Shown here one piece after another: positions 30,642-39,921 of a stretch of 64,000 bases of DNA. The notes under the pieces are model-generated. The model saw only the letters and a program-made list of their open reading frames with translations, was not told where the DNA came from and made no database searches. The translations under genes and the position numbers were made by a program. The stretch's first letter is position 1. Every line of letters begins with the position of its first letter. Source of the stretch: an uncultured Chloroflexia bacterium (GTDB lineage: Bacteria; Chloroflexota; Dehalococcoidia; UBA2979); NCBI GenBank assembly GCA_963728205.1, contig CAVSIV010000002.1, positions 288,001 through 352,000 of the forward strand. Direction: 5' to 3'.

Positions 30642-31295
30642 ATGATGCCGCCCACCAGGATCGCTCCCGCCGCGGAGCAGCCCGACGCGATCCTCGACGC
30701 ACTGCTCTACTCGGTATCGCACGATCTGCGGTCGCCCCTGCTCACGCTCTCGCTCAGCGCCGAGCTGATCCGCGAGGCCGTCCCCGCCGCCGCCGCGCAC
30801 GATCCCGGCGCGGCCGGGGTCGCGCTGGACGCGCTCAAGCACGGTGCGCAGGACCTCGAGCGCATGCTGCACGCGCTCACGGTCGTGTCGCGCGCGCGGC
30901 GCCGCCCGCTCGAGCCGCGCGTCGTTTCACTGCGGATGCTGCTCGGCGGGCACATCGTGATCTCCGACGCCGTCGCGCCCGAGCGGGTACGCGTGCGGCT
31001 CGACCCCGAGCCCTTCCGCGAGCTCCTCGACCGTCTCTGCGGCGAGGACCCCGCGGAGATCCAGCTCACGTCGACCGACCATCACGTCGTCTGCCGCATC
31101 CCAGCGCGCGTCGAGCTGCCACCACTGGACGGCTCCCCGCTGATCGAGCTGTCCCGGTCGCTGCAGATGCACGCCGGCACCGTGGTCGAGGATCTCGCCT
31201 CGTTCCAGGTGCAGCTGGCGCGCCTCGACGTCGCCACCGAGGTGGGCGAAGGCGCTGTTCGCGTCTGGCTGCCGCTGGCGCAGGAAACGCGCTGA
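30642..31295 (+). CDS. sensor-less HisKA(DHp) protein with degenerate ATPase domain (phosphotransferase/pseudokinase-like)
   Basis: H-box YSVSHDLRSPL near the N-terminus; no N, G1 or G2 boxes visible. Confidence 0.65.
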   Translation: MMPPTRIAPAAEQPDAILDALLYSVSHDLRSPLLTLSLSAELIREAVPAAAAHDPGAAGVALDALKHGAQDLERMLHALTVVSRARRRPLEPRVVSLRMLLGGHIVISDAVAPERVRVRLDPEPFRELLDRLCGEDPAEIQLTSTDHHVVCRIPARVELPPLDGSPLIELSRSLQMHAGTVVEDLASFQVQLARLDVATEVGEGAVRVWLPLAQETR

Positions 31296-31699
31296 TGGTC
31301 ACGGGCGGTCAGCGGCGCATCGTGATCGTCGACGACGACATCGACCATGCCATCATCATCCGACGTGTGCTCGCCGGCATCGCGCCGGACGCGGCGGTCG
31401 ACGTGATGACCGACCCGCGCCACATCGACGAACGGCTGCGCGACGTCCCGGACGGCGCGCTCCTGCTGATGGACCGCATGCTCGCCGGCCACGAGTCGAT
31501 CCCGTTCCTGTCGGGGCTGCTCGAGCGCCGCCCCGACCTCAGCGTCGTGCTGCTCTCCGCGGCGCTCCTCGACAGCGACCGCGACCGCGCGCTCCGCGCC
31601 GGCGCCATCGCAGCCGCCGAGAAGCCGGCGACGCTCGCCGGCTGGCGCGAGCTGCTCTCCGACCTGCTTCACCGTCACGGCGCGAGCGAGGTGGCCTGA
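31295..31699 (+). CDS. single-domain response regulator (receiver)
   Basis: IVIVDDD, LLMD (phospho-Asp), LSA, EKP; TGATG overlap with the upstream gene. Confidence 0.82.
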   Translation: MVTGGQRRIVIVDDDIDHAIIIRRVLAGIAPDAAVDVMTDPRHIDERLRDVPDGALLLMDRMLAGHESIPFLSGLLERRPDLSVVLLSAALLDSDRDRALRAGAIAAAEKPATLAGWRELLSDLLHRHGASEVA

Positions 31700-31803
31700 C
31701 CGCCCGTGATGGCGCGCGCGCGTCCGTCGCGCCTCGCCGCCCCCGCCGGCGGTCGGCGCGTCGACCCGGCGGCCGCCCGAGTTCGCCCACGGGCGACGCT
31801 CCC

Positions 31804-31809
31804 TATACT
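31804..31809 (+). promoter_or_regulatory. -10 element of tRNA promoter
   Basis: TATACT 14 nt upstream of the tRNA. Confidence 0.5.
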
Positions 31810-31823
31810 GGCGGCGGCTCCCG

Positions 31824-31897
31824 GGGCCCGTAGCTCAGCGGCCTAGAGCAGTCGGCTCATAACCGATCGGTCCCAGGTTCGAATCCTGGCGGGCCCA
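31824..31897 (+). tRNA. tRNA with CAT anticodon, most likely tRNA-Ile2 (lysidine-modified)
   Basis: Acceptor GGGCCCG/CGGGCCC, D-arm TAGCTCAG..TAGAGC, anticodon loop CTCATAA, GGTTCGAATCC T-loop; paired first base pair so not the initiator; CCA not encoded. Confidence 0.93.
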
Positions 31898-31918
31898 CAC
31901 CCGGGCGGGAAGAGACCC

Positions 31919-32530
31919 GTGACGCAGCACCACGTCCTCGACGGCACCCGCCGCGCGCTCGCCGACCACGGGCCGCGCGCGCTGCCACTCGACGGCCGTC
32001 GCGAGGCGGCGGTGATGCTCCTCCTCTATCCGCACGAGGATCACGACTGCGTCGTGTTTCAGCTCCGTACCCACCACGTCGCCCACCACCGCGGTGAGAT
32101 CTCACTGCCCGGCGGCTCCCGTGACCCCGAGGACGCATCGCTGCGCCACACCGCGCTGCGCGAGACGTACGAGGAGATCGGCGTGCCGCCGGAGGCGGTG
32201 GAGGTGCTCGGGCGCCTCGACGACACGGTGACCCGCGGGTCGAACTACCGCATCACACCGTTCGTCGGCGTCGTGGACAGCACGGCCGGCGCCGTGGCCT
32301 CCGCGCGCGCCGTGCGCGAGGTGACGTCGCTGATCTACGTGCCGGTCGCGCACCTGCTCGCCGCGGAGTCGCGCGCGTGGAAGGTGGTGGACCAGGACGG
32401 CGTGCCGTCGGCGACGCCGGCGTTTCGCTTCGACGAACACCTGATCTGGGGCGCGACGGCGCGCATCGTCACGCAGTTCGTGTCACTGCTCGGCGGCGAG
32501 CCGTTCCCGCCGGACGAGCCGGCGCCGTGA
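31919..32530 (+). CDS. Nudix CoA pyrophosphatase
   Basis: HRGEISLPGG, ALRETYEEIG, IWGATA. Confidence 0.9.
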   Translation: MTQHHVLDGTRRALADHGPRALPLDGRREAAVMLLLYPHEDHDCVVFQLRTHHVAHHRGEISLPGGSRDPEDASLRHTALRETYEEIGVPPEAVEVLGRLDDTVTRGSNYRITPFVGVVDSTAGAVASARAVREVTSLIYVPVAHLLAAESRAWKVVDQDGVPSATPAFRFDEHLIWGATARIVTQFVSLLGGEPFPPDEPAP

Positions 32531-33144
32531 CGCTCATCCTCGTGCGGCACGGCCAGTCAGAGGGCAACGCGTCCGGCATCGTGCAGGGCTGGCTCGACGT
32601 GCCGCTCAGCATGCTCGGCCGCGCGCAGGCGGCGGCGACCGCGCGCCGGCTCGCGGACGAGCCGCTGGCCGCCGTGTACAGCAGCGACCTGCTCCGCGCG
32701 CGCGAGACCGCCGCGGCGGTCGCCGCGCCGCACGGCCTGCCGGTGACGCCGGTGCCGGAGCTCCGCGAATACGGGTGGGGCGAGGCGCAGGGCCTGCGCT
32801 GGGCGGAGATCGCGGCGCGCTGGCCGCACGACCCGGAGGAGTGGGGCGCCGGGCACATCCCCGGCGAGGAGGGCGGCGTCGCGTTCGGCGCACGCATCGG
32901 GCCGGCGTTCGAGGCGCTCGCCGCGAGTCACCGGGACGACCTGGCGGCGGTCGCGATCCATGGCGGCACGATCCTGCAGATCGTCGCGCACGTGCTGGGC
33001 CTGCCGCCCGGCGCGCGCGCCCGCGCGGCGGTCCCCAACTGCGGCCTCACGACGATCGCGGCGGGCGGCCCGTCCGGCGACAGGCACGTGATCGTCGGGC
33101 TGAACGACTGCGCGCACCTCGAAGCCGTGACGGTCGCGGAGTAG
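32527..33144 (+). CDS. histidine phosphatase family protein
   Basis: LILVRHGQS, SSDLLRARET, LRE, HGG; GTGA overlap. Confidence 0.88.
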   Translation: MTLILVRHGQSEGNASGIVQGWLDVPLSMLGRAQAAATARRLADEPLAAVYSSDLLRARETAAAVAAPHGLPVTPVPELREYGWGEAQGLRWAEIAARWPHDPEEWGAGHIPGEEGGVAFGARIGPAFEALAASHRDDLAAVAIHGGTILQIVAHVLGLPPGARARAAVPNCGLTTIAAGGPSGDRHVIVGLNDCAHLEAVTVAE

Positions 33145-33176
33145 CCCGCGCCGCGGCCGGCCGGCCGGCGCGCGCC

Positions 33177-34043
33177 CTACGTCAGCAGGTTGCGGCTTGC
33201 CACCGTGATCGACGCGGTGCGCGCGAAGTCGCGCGCCTCCTCCGCCTCCCGGATCAGCCCGTCGCCCGTGACCTCGTCCTCGGGGAACGACGCGATGCCG
33301 GCGCGCACTTCCACGTCGAGCACCTGCTGTCCCACCGCCGCGAGCTTCTCGGCGACCACCTGCGCGCCGTCCAGCCCCGTCTCCGGCAGCAGCGCCGTGA
33401 AGTCTGCGCCGCCCATGTGGATCAGCGTGTCGACCGTGCGGAGTGCCTCCAGGTACTCGGTGCTCGCGCGCTGCACGAGCTCCAGCGCCGCGTCGTGCCC
33501 GTGCTCCTCGACGATCTGGCGCCAGTCGTCGGGCCCCACCGCGACGAGCGAGAAGTTGTGCGAGTAGCGCCGCGCGCGGCTCACCTCCTGCGACAGCAGG
33601 CGGTCGGCGTGCGCGCGCTTCATCGCGCCGGTCTGCGAGTCGATGGCCTGGACCTCCTCGATGACGCGCTGTCGGGCGCCGAGCTCCTCGTCGTAGGCGA
33701 TGATCGCGCGCCGGATCTGGTCGCCGAGGATCGCGGTGATCGCGATCGCGGCGACGCCCACGACGGCAGCCTGGAGGTCGGTGGAGTTGGCCGGGACATC
33801 GGGCGACGAGGCGCGCACGCCGTGCAGGCCCGCGTAGCCGAGGGCGAACAGCGCGGCGAGCGCGAGGTGGCTGCCCGGGAACGGGCGCCACACGGCGAAG
33901 CCCGCCACGACCGCCACGGCGATCACGCCGAGCGCGGCGGAGTCCCGCGCGGGATCGACGATCCCGATCGCGCCGGCGGCCAGCGCCACCCAGATCGCGA
34001 GCATGAACATCCGCAGCCAGAGGTCGCGGCTGTATTCGCTCAC
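33177..34043 (-). CDS. membrane protein with degenerate GGDEF domain (PelD-like c-di-GMP receptor candidate)
   Basis: About 4 TM helices, DSQTG, RTVD-x5-GGADF (intact I-site, dead A-site); GGGAGG RBS before GTG 34043. Confidence 0.8.
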   Translation of the reverse strand: MSEYSRDLWLRMFMLAIWVALAAGAIGIVDPARDSAALGVIAVAVVAGFAVWRPFPGSHLALAALFALGYAGLHGVRASSPDVPANSTDLQAAVVGVAAIAITAILGDQIRRAIIAYDEELGARQRVIEEVQAIDSQTGAMKRAHADRLLSQEVSRARRYSHNFSLVAVGPDDWRQIVEEHGHDAALELVQRASTEYLEALRTVDTLIHMGGADFTALLPETGLDGAQVVAEKLAAVGQQVLDVEVRAGIASFPEDEVTGDGLIREAEEARDFARTASITVASRNLLT

Positions 34044-34062
34044 CCGGTCCTCCCTGCGGTCA

Positions 34063-35697
34063 TCATCGGACGGGCTCGTTCTCCACGCGATAGACGCGGT
34101 ATGCGCCCGATTCGAACGCCAGCGCGCCGAGGCCGGCGCCGTTGTCGTACAGCCCCGGGTGGGCCGCTTCAAGCGCGCTCCGCGCTGCGCCCGGCGTCGG
34201 CCGCCGCACGAGCACGTACCCCACGACGCCGAACGGGTTGTACACCGCGGCCTCGTTGCCCGTGTCGGCTGCGGTCCGGAAGCGGTCGTACTCGCCGCTC
34301 AGCACCATCACCGGTGCAGCGCGCTCGATGTCGGCCAGCAGCTGGCCGGGCGCCACGTTCGCGTCGACCCAGCGCGCGGTGGCGGCCGCGTCCGGGTCGG
34401 GCGGCACCGGCCGCTGGTGCACGAGAGCGCCGAGGAACGCCGGCGCGGGAGCGTCGGTGGCGGGCAGGCGCGGGAGCACCGCCAGCTGCACCAGCGCCGC
34501 GACGATGAGCGGCGCGACGAGCAGCAGCTGCTGGCGGCGGTGGCGCGACTCGATCCGGCTCGGCACGACGCCGCGCGTACGGCGGTGCTCGACGTACGCG
34601 ATGGCGACGAACAGCGGCACCACCGCGACGAACAGGTGCGTGACGCGCGGCTGCCCGTGCCCGCTGAGCAACCCCAGGACCGCCGGCGCGAGCGCGGACG
34701 CGAGCACGGCGGCCACCGCCGCCGGCGCGCGCTCACGCCGGTATGCGGCGAACGCGACCAGCGCCGCGACGGCCGCGAACGACAGCGGCGCCACCGCCAG
34801 CGACCAGCCGCCCACCCACGCGACGACGCCGGCCGGGTTCGCGTGCAGCGTTGCCATGCGGTGCGCGAGCACGACGCTGTCGCCGGCGAGGCCGCTTAGC
34901 GCCGACGCGCGCGCGAGGAACTCGTCCAGGTGCCCGAACGGGAACCACGCCACGAGCGTCCACAGCCCGACCGCGAACGCGACCGGCGTGAGGAACGCGA
35001 GGGTCGTCGCCTGCGCGGCGTCCTCGCGCGCGAGCGCCGGCCCGCGGTTGCGCGCGATCCACCAGAAGCCGGCGGCCATCGCGGCGTCCACCACGGCCGA
35101 GTCGTACCGCAGCAGGAACGCCGCGGCCATCGCCGCACCGGCGCCGATCACGGCGCCGACGGAGTCGTCGCGCAGCCACTGGATGAACTGACCGCACGCC
35201 GTGAGCAGCAGCGCGGCATAGAGCGCGTCGGGCAGGCCGGTCGCGGCGCTGAACAGCAGCACCGGCTGCAGCGAGAAGGCCGTCACGAAGACGACGCGCG
35301 CCGGGCGCGCCAGCCCGCTGCGCCGGGCGATGCCCGCCGCCGCGAGCACCGTCGCCCCGCCCGCGACCGCCGTCCCCAGCGCGCCGGCCAGCGCGTCCGC
35401 GCGCAGCGTGCGGAACGCCGCGAACGGCAGCGCGAGCAGCGTGAGCAGTGGCGGTCGCTCCAGCCCGAACGCCAGCGGCGACGTGTCGTAGCCGTTCCAC
35501 AGCGCGCCCAGGTGCGCGGTCCGCGCGACCGCCTCAGGCGACGCGAGCCCGAGCCCGCCGACGGCGCGCACGGCGAGCGCGACGCACAGCGCCGACACCG
35601 CGAGCGCGCCCGCTTCGGCCGTGCCGAACCGCACCCGCGTCAGCGCCTCGCGACGAGGCGCCTGGCGCCCGCCGGCGAGCGTGCCGATCCGGCTCAC
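34063..35697 (-). CDS. polytopic membrane protein, GT-C (ArnT/PMT-like) candidate
   Basis: About 11-12 hydrophobic segments, ERPPLLTLL loop, LLRYD, soluble C-terminal tail. Fold assignment is inferred. Confidence 0.6.
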   Translation of the reverse strand: MSRIGTLAGGRQAPRREALTRVRFGTAEAGALAVSALCVALAVRAVGGLGLASPEAVARTAHLGALWNGYDTSPLAFGLERPPLLTLLALPFAAFRTLRADALAGALGTAVAGGATVLAAAGIARRSGLARPARVVFVTAFSLQPVLLFSAATGLPDALYAALLLTACGQFIQWLRDDSVGAVIGAGAAMAAAFLLRYDSAVVDAAMAAGFWWIARNRGPALAREDAAQATTLAFLTPVAFAVGLWTLVAWFPFGHLDEFLARASALSGLAGDSVVLAHRMATLHANPAGVVAWVGGWSLAVAPLSFAAVAALVAFAAYRRERAPAAVAAVLASALAPAVLGLLSGHGQPRVTHLFVAVVPLFVAIAYVEHRRTRGVVPSRIESRHRRQQLLLVAPLIVAALVQLAVLPRLPATDAPAPAFLGALVHQRPVPPDPDAAATARWVDANVAPGQLLADIERAAPVMVLSGEYDRFRTAADTGNEAAVYNPFGVVGYVLVRRPTPGAARSALEAAHPGLYDNGAGLGALAFESGAYRVYRVENEPVR

Positions 35698-35703
35698 CGG
35701 GCG

Positions 35704-38700
35704 CTAGTCCCCGAGCCCCGCGGCCTCGATGCCGGACACGTTCGACAGGCCGTGAATCGTCTTCTCCCAGTAGAACGGCCGGTAGAAAAGCTGCAGGAAC
35801 CCCTTCCATGCGGCGATCGACATCAGCACCCAGTACACCGGCGACAGCAGCGCCCACTTCACGAGTGAGTAGTACCGCCGCCGCAGGCATCCCGCGACGT
35901 TCATGTACGCGAACGCGAAGTTCCCCGCGTACAGGGAGATCGCCCCCATGTAGAAGATCGGCGCGGGAAACAGCTGCTGGATCACTCCCCAGTGCGTGAG
36001 GAACCACACCCCCGTGAGCCCCCACAGCACCGGGTTGAGCAGGAACCCGAAGAACGTCCCGCCGATCACCAGCTGGAACGAGAGGAACCCGCTCGGCCCC
36101 AGCTGCTGCCACAGCAGCATCGGGTGCCGCATGTGCACCAGGTACGTCTGGATGTACCCCTTCACCCAGCGCGACCGCTGCCGGATCCAGTTGTCGAGGA
36201 CCGAGTTCGCCTCCTCGTAGGTCGTGGAGTCGACGACCGCGGTGGCGCCGCCCAGCTTGAAGATGCGCAGTCCGAGGTCGGCGTCCTCCGTGACGTTGAA
36301 CGGGTCCCAGCCCCCCACGGCGCGCAGCGCCTCGGTGCGGAAGTGGTTCGACGTGCCGCCCAGTGGGATCGGCGCCCCCGACGCGTCGAGGCCGGGCAGG
36401 AAGAGGTCGAACCACGTTGAGTACTCGGTGGTGAACCACTTCGTCAGGGCGTTCTGCGTGCGGTTGTAGTAGTTGAGCTTCCCCTGGATGCAGACGACGT
36501 TCTCAGCGGCGATCGAGAACGCGACGAGCACCTTCTTCAGCTGATCCGGCTCAGGGATGTCCTCGGCGTCGAAGATCACGACGTACTCGCCGCGCGCATG
36601 CAGCAGCCCGTAGTTGCAGGCCTTCGGCTTCCCCTTGGGCTGGCCGTCCGGAACGATCGTGATGTCGAAGGTCGACGGCAGATTCGAGTTGCGCGCGACC
36701 TGGATCGTCTCCGGGTCGTCCTCCTCCAGCAGCAGCTTCACGTCGAGCTTCTCAATCGGGTAGTCGAGCCGCGAGAGGCCCTTCACCAGCGCCGGCAGCA
36801 CCTCGGACTCGCGGTAGAGCGGCACGAGGATCGTGTAGACGGGCAGCGTGCGGTCGTCGAGCGCGTCGACCTGCTGGTCGGTCACCGGCACCTCGAGCGT
36901 GTGCGAGAGGGCGCGGTAGATCAGGTAGAACTTGTAGCTCGAGAATGTGAGGTAGAACCCCGTCGCGAGCGCCAGCAGCACGGTCAGCGTGACGATCGGG
37001 AAGAGGAGGAGCAGCGCGGCCAGCGCGGCGACGAGGCCGATCAGGAACACCTTCTGGCCGCGCGAGAGCACCTTGTACGCGGAATCCTCCGGCGCGCGAC
37101 GCATCAGGTCGCCGGCCGAGTGCTCGAGGTACTGCTCGTGGTACAGGCGCTCGAGCGCGTCGCGCACGTCGCTGCGCGTCGTCCCCACGATGTTCACGGG
37201 CCGGTCCAGCAGGGCGCGCGCCTCTTCGATGCCGCTCCGGTTGCCCGGGTCGGCGATCGCGAGCGTCACGATGCCGTCGTCGTCCACGCTCAGGGGCACG
37301 ATCTCCTGAGCGCGCACGAAATGCTCGGGCAGCAACTCCGCGATCTCGGGGTCGAGGTCCAGCCCGCGGATGGCGACGAAGGGCATGCCCTGCTGCGCCG
37401 CCAGCGCCTCGCCGAGCTGCTCCTCGGAGATGATGTCGAGCGAGAGCAGCGCCTCGCCGAGCCGCACGCCGGCGCGCTCCGAGAGCTCGAGCGCGCGGTC
37501 GAGGTCCGCGCGCGAGATTCGATCGGACTCGAGCAGCAGGTCGCCCACCACCTGGTAGCCGTGCGCGCGTTGAGCCGCCTCCACGATGTCGCTGCGCGTC
37601 GCCGGGCGCACCACGATCGGGACCCCGAGCAGCCGCCCCACCTCAGTGCGCGTGCGCTCGTCGAGCGGGTCGGCCATCGCGACGACGAGGTGCTCGCCCT
37701 CGTCGTGCACCGGCACGGCGCCGAGGCGGCGGGCGTCCGCGAGCTCGAGCCGCCGCGCCGCCGCGTGATCGACGGGATCGGCCAGCACGCGGCGCGTGAC
37801 GCTCACGCCGCCCTCCTCGGTCGTGTCGAGGCGGTCGCGCCGCGCCAGCTCCAGCGGGTCGACGTGCATGTACGCGCCCAGCGCGTCGCGCAGCTCGGTG
37901 CCGGAGAGCAGCTCGATCTGCCGCGCCGCGACGTCAACGGGCTCGGCCGTCTCCTGCATGCGCCGGATCAGCCCGAGCACGCGCACGCGCGGGATGTCGA
38001 GGCGCTGCTCGAGCACGCGCGCGAGCCCCTCGTAGGCGGCGGGGACGGCGGCGAAGTCGAGCGTCGCGAGGTCGATGCGCGCGGCATCGATGTCGTCCTC
38101 GCGCGCGACGACGAGCCGCACCACGCACTGGTGCGCGCCGGCCAGCTGCCGCGCGGCTTCCACGCGATCGGGCGAGGCGAACGCGACGGTCAGTACGTCG
38201 TCCTCGCACAGCAGCGGCAGCAGCGGAGGCGCGTCGGGGCCGACGGGCCGCATGCGCGCGGCGACCGGCTCCGGGCGCAGCAGCAGCTGGTGCACGCGCG
38301 GCAGCGCCGCCTCCAGCGCCACGGCCTCCGAGCGGCTGCCGTTCTCGACCAGCTCCCAGATCCGCGGCAGGTCCGCGGTGTCCAGGCGCGAGAGATCGAC
38401 GTCGACCGCGGCGGCGCCGGCTTCGTCGACGAAGCCGGCCTCGGCGAGCAGCGCGACGAGTCGCTCCGGGTCCCCGACGGCGAGCACGTCGCGCGCGTCG
38501 GACTCGGGCGCGAGCTCGAGGATCTCCTCGAGGTCGCGCTGCGTGACGGCGATCGGGCGGATGCGGCGGCGCAGGAACGCGGCGAGCCCGCGCCGCGCCC
38601 GCTGGTCCCACGGGTCGACCATCGCCACGCGCGCGTCGTCGTCGTCCATCTCGATCACCGCGCAGCGCAGCCGCCGCGCGAGCGCGCGCGGCAGGCGCCC

Positions 38701-39660
38701 GGCGACGCCACGGTCGACCTCCGCGAGTCCGGCGTACGCCTCGGCGCCGGCGCCGCCGAATCGCGCGGTCGCCTGGCGGATCTGCTCGTCGGTGATCCCC
38801 GCGAGCCGCTGGATCACGCGTTCGAACGGCTCGCGGGTGGCGCGCGCGATGTCACCGGCGGCCTGCATCTGCGCGGGCGTCGCGAGCCGGTAGTAGCGCA
38901 GCGCGCCGCGCAGGTCGACCGCGGCGCCCGCGTCGTCGGCGGGCAGCCCGCCGAGCCGGCGTGTCAACTCCTCGTGGCTCACGAGCAGCGGCCGCAGCGG
39001 CAGACCGAGCAGGAAACGCAGGCGCTCCATCACCTCGACCGACGGCGGCCGATTGATTGCGAAGAAGAGCTCGTCGCGCACGGTCCAGACGGGCAGCACG
39101 CGGAGCTCGGCGATGACGTCCGCCGGCAGCAGCGCCTCGAGACCCGCACGCACCGGGTGGTGACGCAGGTCGAGACTGGGGAGGTGGAATGCGAGACCGA
39201 CCGCTTCGAGTCGCTCCTCCTCGGTGAGGACGCGCGCGTCGACGAGCGCGGCGCCGAGGTACGGCTCCTCCTCCCCGCCGAGCACGTACATGTCGACCTG
39301 CTCCGGCGGGAGCACGCGCATCGCCTGCAGCACGACGGCCAGCGCGCGACGCCAGTCCTGCGCGGTGACGGTGCCGGTCGACGCGGCGAGCGCCAGGGCG
39401 ATCTCCGCGCGGCCGGCGGCGCGCACGCTGATCGGGCGCCCCAGCCGGCGGCGGAGTTCCTGCATCAGCTCCTGGTCGCGGGGTCGCGTGGTCGCGCAGA
39501 CCACGCCGTCGCGCTCCACCGAGAGCGGGATGACGTCGTGCTCGCGACAGAAGCCGATGCCGAGCTGCTGCACGAGCTCGGGTCGCGCGCGGAGCCGGCT
39601 GACGGGCACGTACAGCTCGGCCGTGCGGGCGGCATTCGATTCGAGGATTGAGACGGCCAC
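35704..39660 (-). CDS. processive GT2 (cellulose-synthase-like) glycosyltransferase with six N-terminal MshEN/T2SSE_N repeats
   Basis: C-terminus: YTILVPLYRE, GKPKACN, FDAED, TEDADLG, QRSRW plus TM helices. N-terminus: repeated VAMADP-type units and RLGEALLSLDIISEEQLGEALAAQ. Confidence 0.88.
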   Translation of the reverse strand: MAVSILESNAARTAELYVPVSRLRARPELVQQLGIGFCREHDVIPLSVERDGVVCATTRPRDQELMQELRRRLGRPISVRAAGRAEIALALAASTGTVTAQDWRRALAVVLQAMRVLPPEQVDMYVLGGEEEPYLGAALVDARVLTEEERLEAVGLAFHLPSLDLRHHPVRAGLEALLPADVIAELRVLPVWTVRDELFFAINRPPSVEVMERLRFLLGLPLRPLLVSHEELTRRLGGLPADDAGAAVDLRGALRYYRLATPAQMQAAGDIARATREPFERVIQRLAGITDEQIRQATARFGGAGAEAYAGLAEVDRGVAGRLPRALARRLRCAVIEMDDDDARVAMVDPWDQRARRGLAAFLRRRIRPIAVTQRDLEEILELAPESDARDVLAVGDPERLVALLAEAGFVDEAGAAAVDVDLSRLDTADLPRIWELVENGSRSEAVALEAALPRVHQLLLRPEPVAARMRPVGPDAPPLLPLLCEDDVLTVAFASPDRVEAARQLAGAHQCVVRLVVAREDDIDAARIDLATLDFAAVPAAYEGLARVLEQRLDIPRVRVLGLIRRMQETAEPVDVAARQIELLSGTELRDALGAYMHVDPLELARRDRLDTTEEGGVSVTRRVLADPVDHAAARRLELADARRLGAVPVHDEGEHLVVAMADPLDERTRTEVGRLLGVPIVVRPATRSDIVEAAQRAHGYQVVGDLLLESDRISRADLDRALELSERAGVRLGEALLSLDIISEEQLGEALAAQQGMPFVAIRGLDLDPEIAELLPEHFVRAQEIVPLSVDDDGIVTLAIADPGNRSGIEEARALLDRPVNIVGTTRSDVRDALERLYHEQYLEHSAGDLMRRAPEDSAYKVLSRGQKVFLIGLVAALAALLLLFPIVTLTVLLALATGFYLTFSSYKFYLIYRALSHTLEVPVTDQQVDALDDRTLPVYTILVPLYRESEVLPALVKGLSRLDYPIEKLDVKLLLEEDDPETIQVARNSNLPSTFDITIVPDGQPKGKPKACNYGLLHARGEYVVIFDAEDIPEPDQLKKVLVAFSIAAENVVCIQGKLNYYNRTQNALTKWFTTEYSTWFDLFLPGLDASGAPIPLGGTSNHFRTEALRAVGGWDPFNVTEDADLGLRIFKLGGATAVVDSTTYEEANSVLDNWIRQRSRWVKGYIQTYLVHMRHPMLLWQQLGPSGFLSFQLVIGGTFFGFLLNPVLWGLTGVWFLTHWGVIQQLFPAPIFYMGAISLYAGNFAFAYMNVAGCLRRRYYSLVKWALLSPVYWVLMSIAAWKGFLQLFYRPFYWEKTIHGLSNVSGIEAAGLGD

Positions 39661-39672
39661 GCGACCGGCGCC

Positions 39673-39912
39673 CTACCGCCCGAACCGGGTGCGCAGCCGG
39701 GCGCGCACCCGCGCGAACTGGCGGATGCCGCCGCTCATGCCGAGCAGCGCGAGCGCGACCACGATGAAGATGAAGGGGAGTGTGAAGTAGCCGAGGAACG
39801 CGATCAGGAAGATCGCGAGGCCGGCGCCGATGAAGAAGCCGACACGGAGCAGCACCCAGCCCGCGGTGAGCACGTCGAAGACAAACCCGGCGAGGCCACG
39901 GCGCTGGGCCAT
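39673..39912 (-). CDS. small membrane protein (79 aa)
   Basis: Two to three hydrophobic stretches and a basic tail; tightly packed in the operon; AAGGTG RBS. Confidence 0.7.
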   Translation of the reverse strand: MAQRRGLAGFVFDVLTAGWVLLRVGFFIGAGLAIFLIAFLGYFTLPFIFIVVALALLGMSGGIRQFARVRARLRTRFGR

Positions 39913-39921
39913 GCGGTCACC

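Noticed and set aside
31824-31920. tRNA as an integration site for a mobile element
   Set aside because: No integrase, no duplicated tRNA 3' end seen, no compositional shift.
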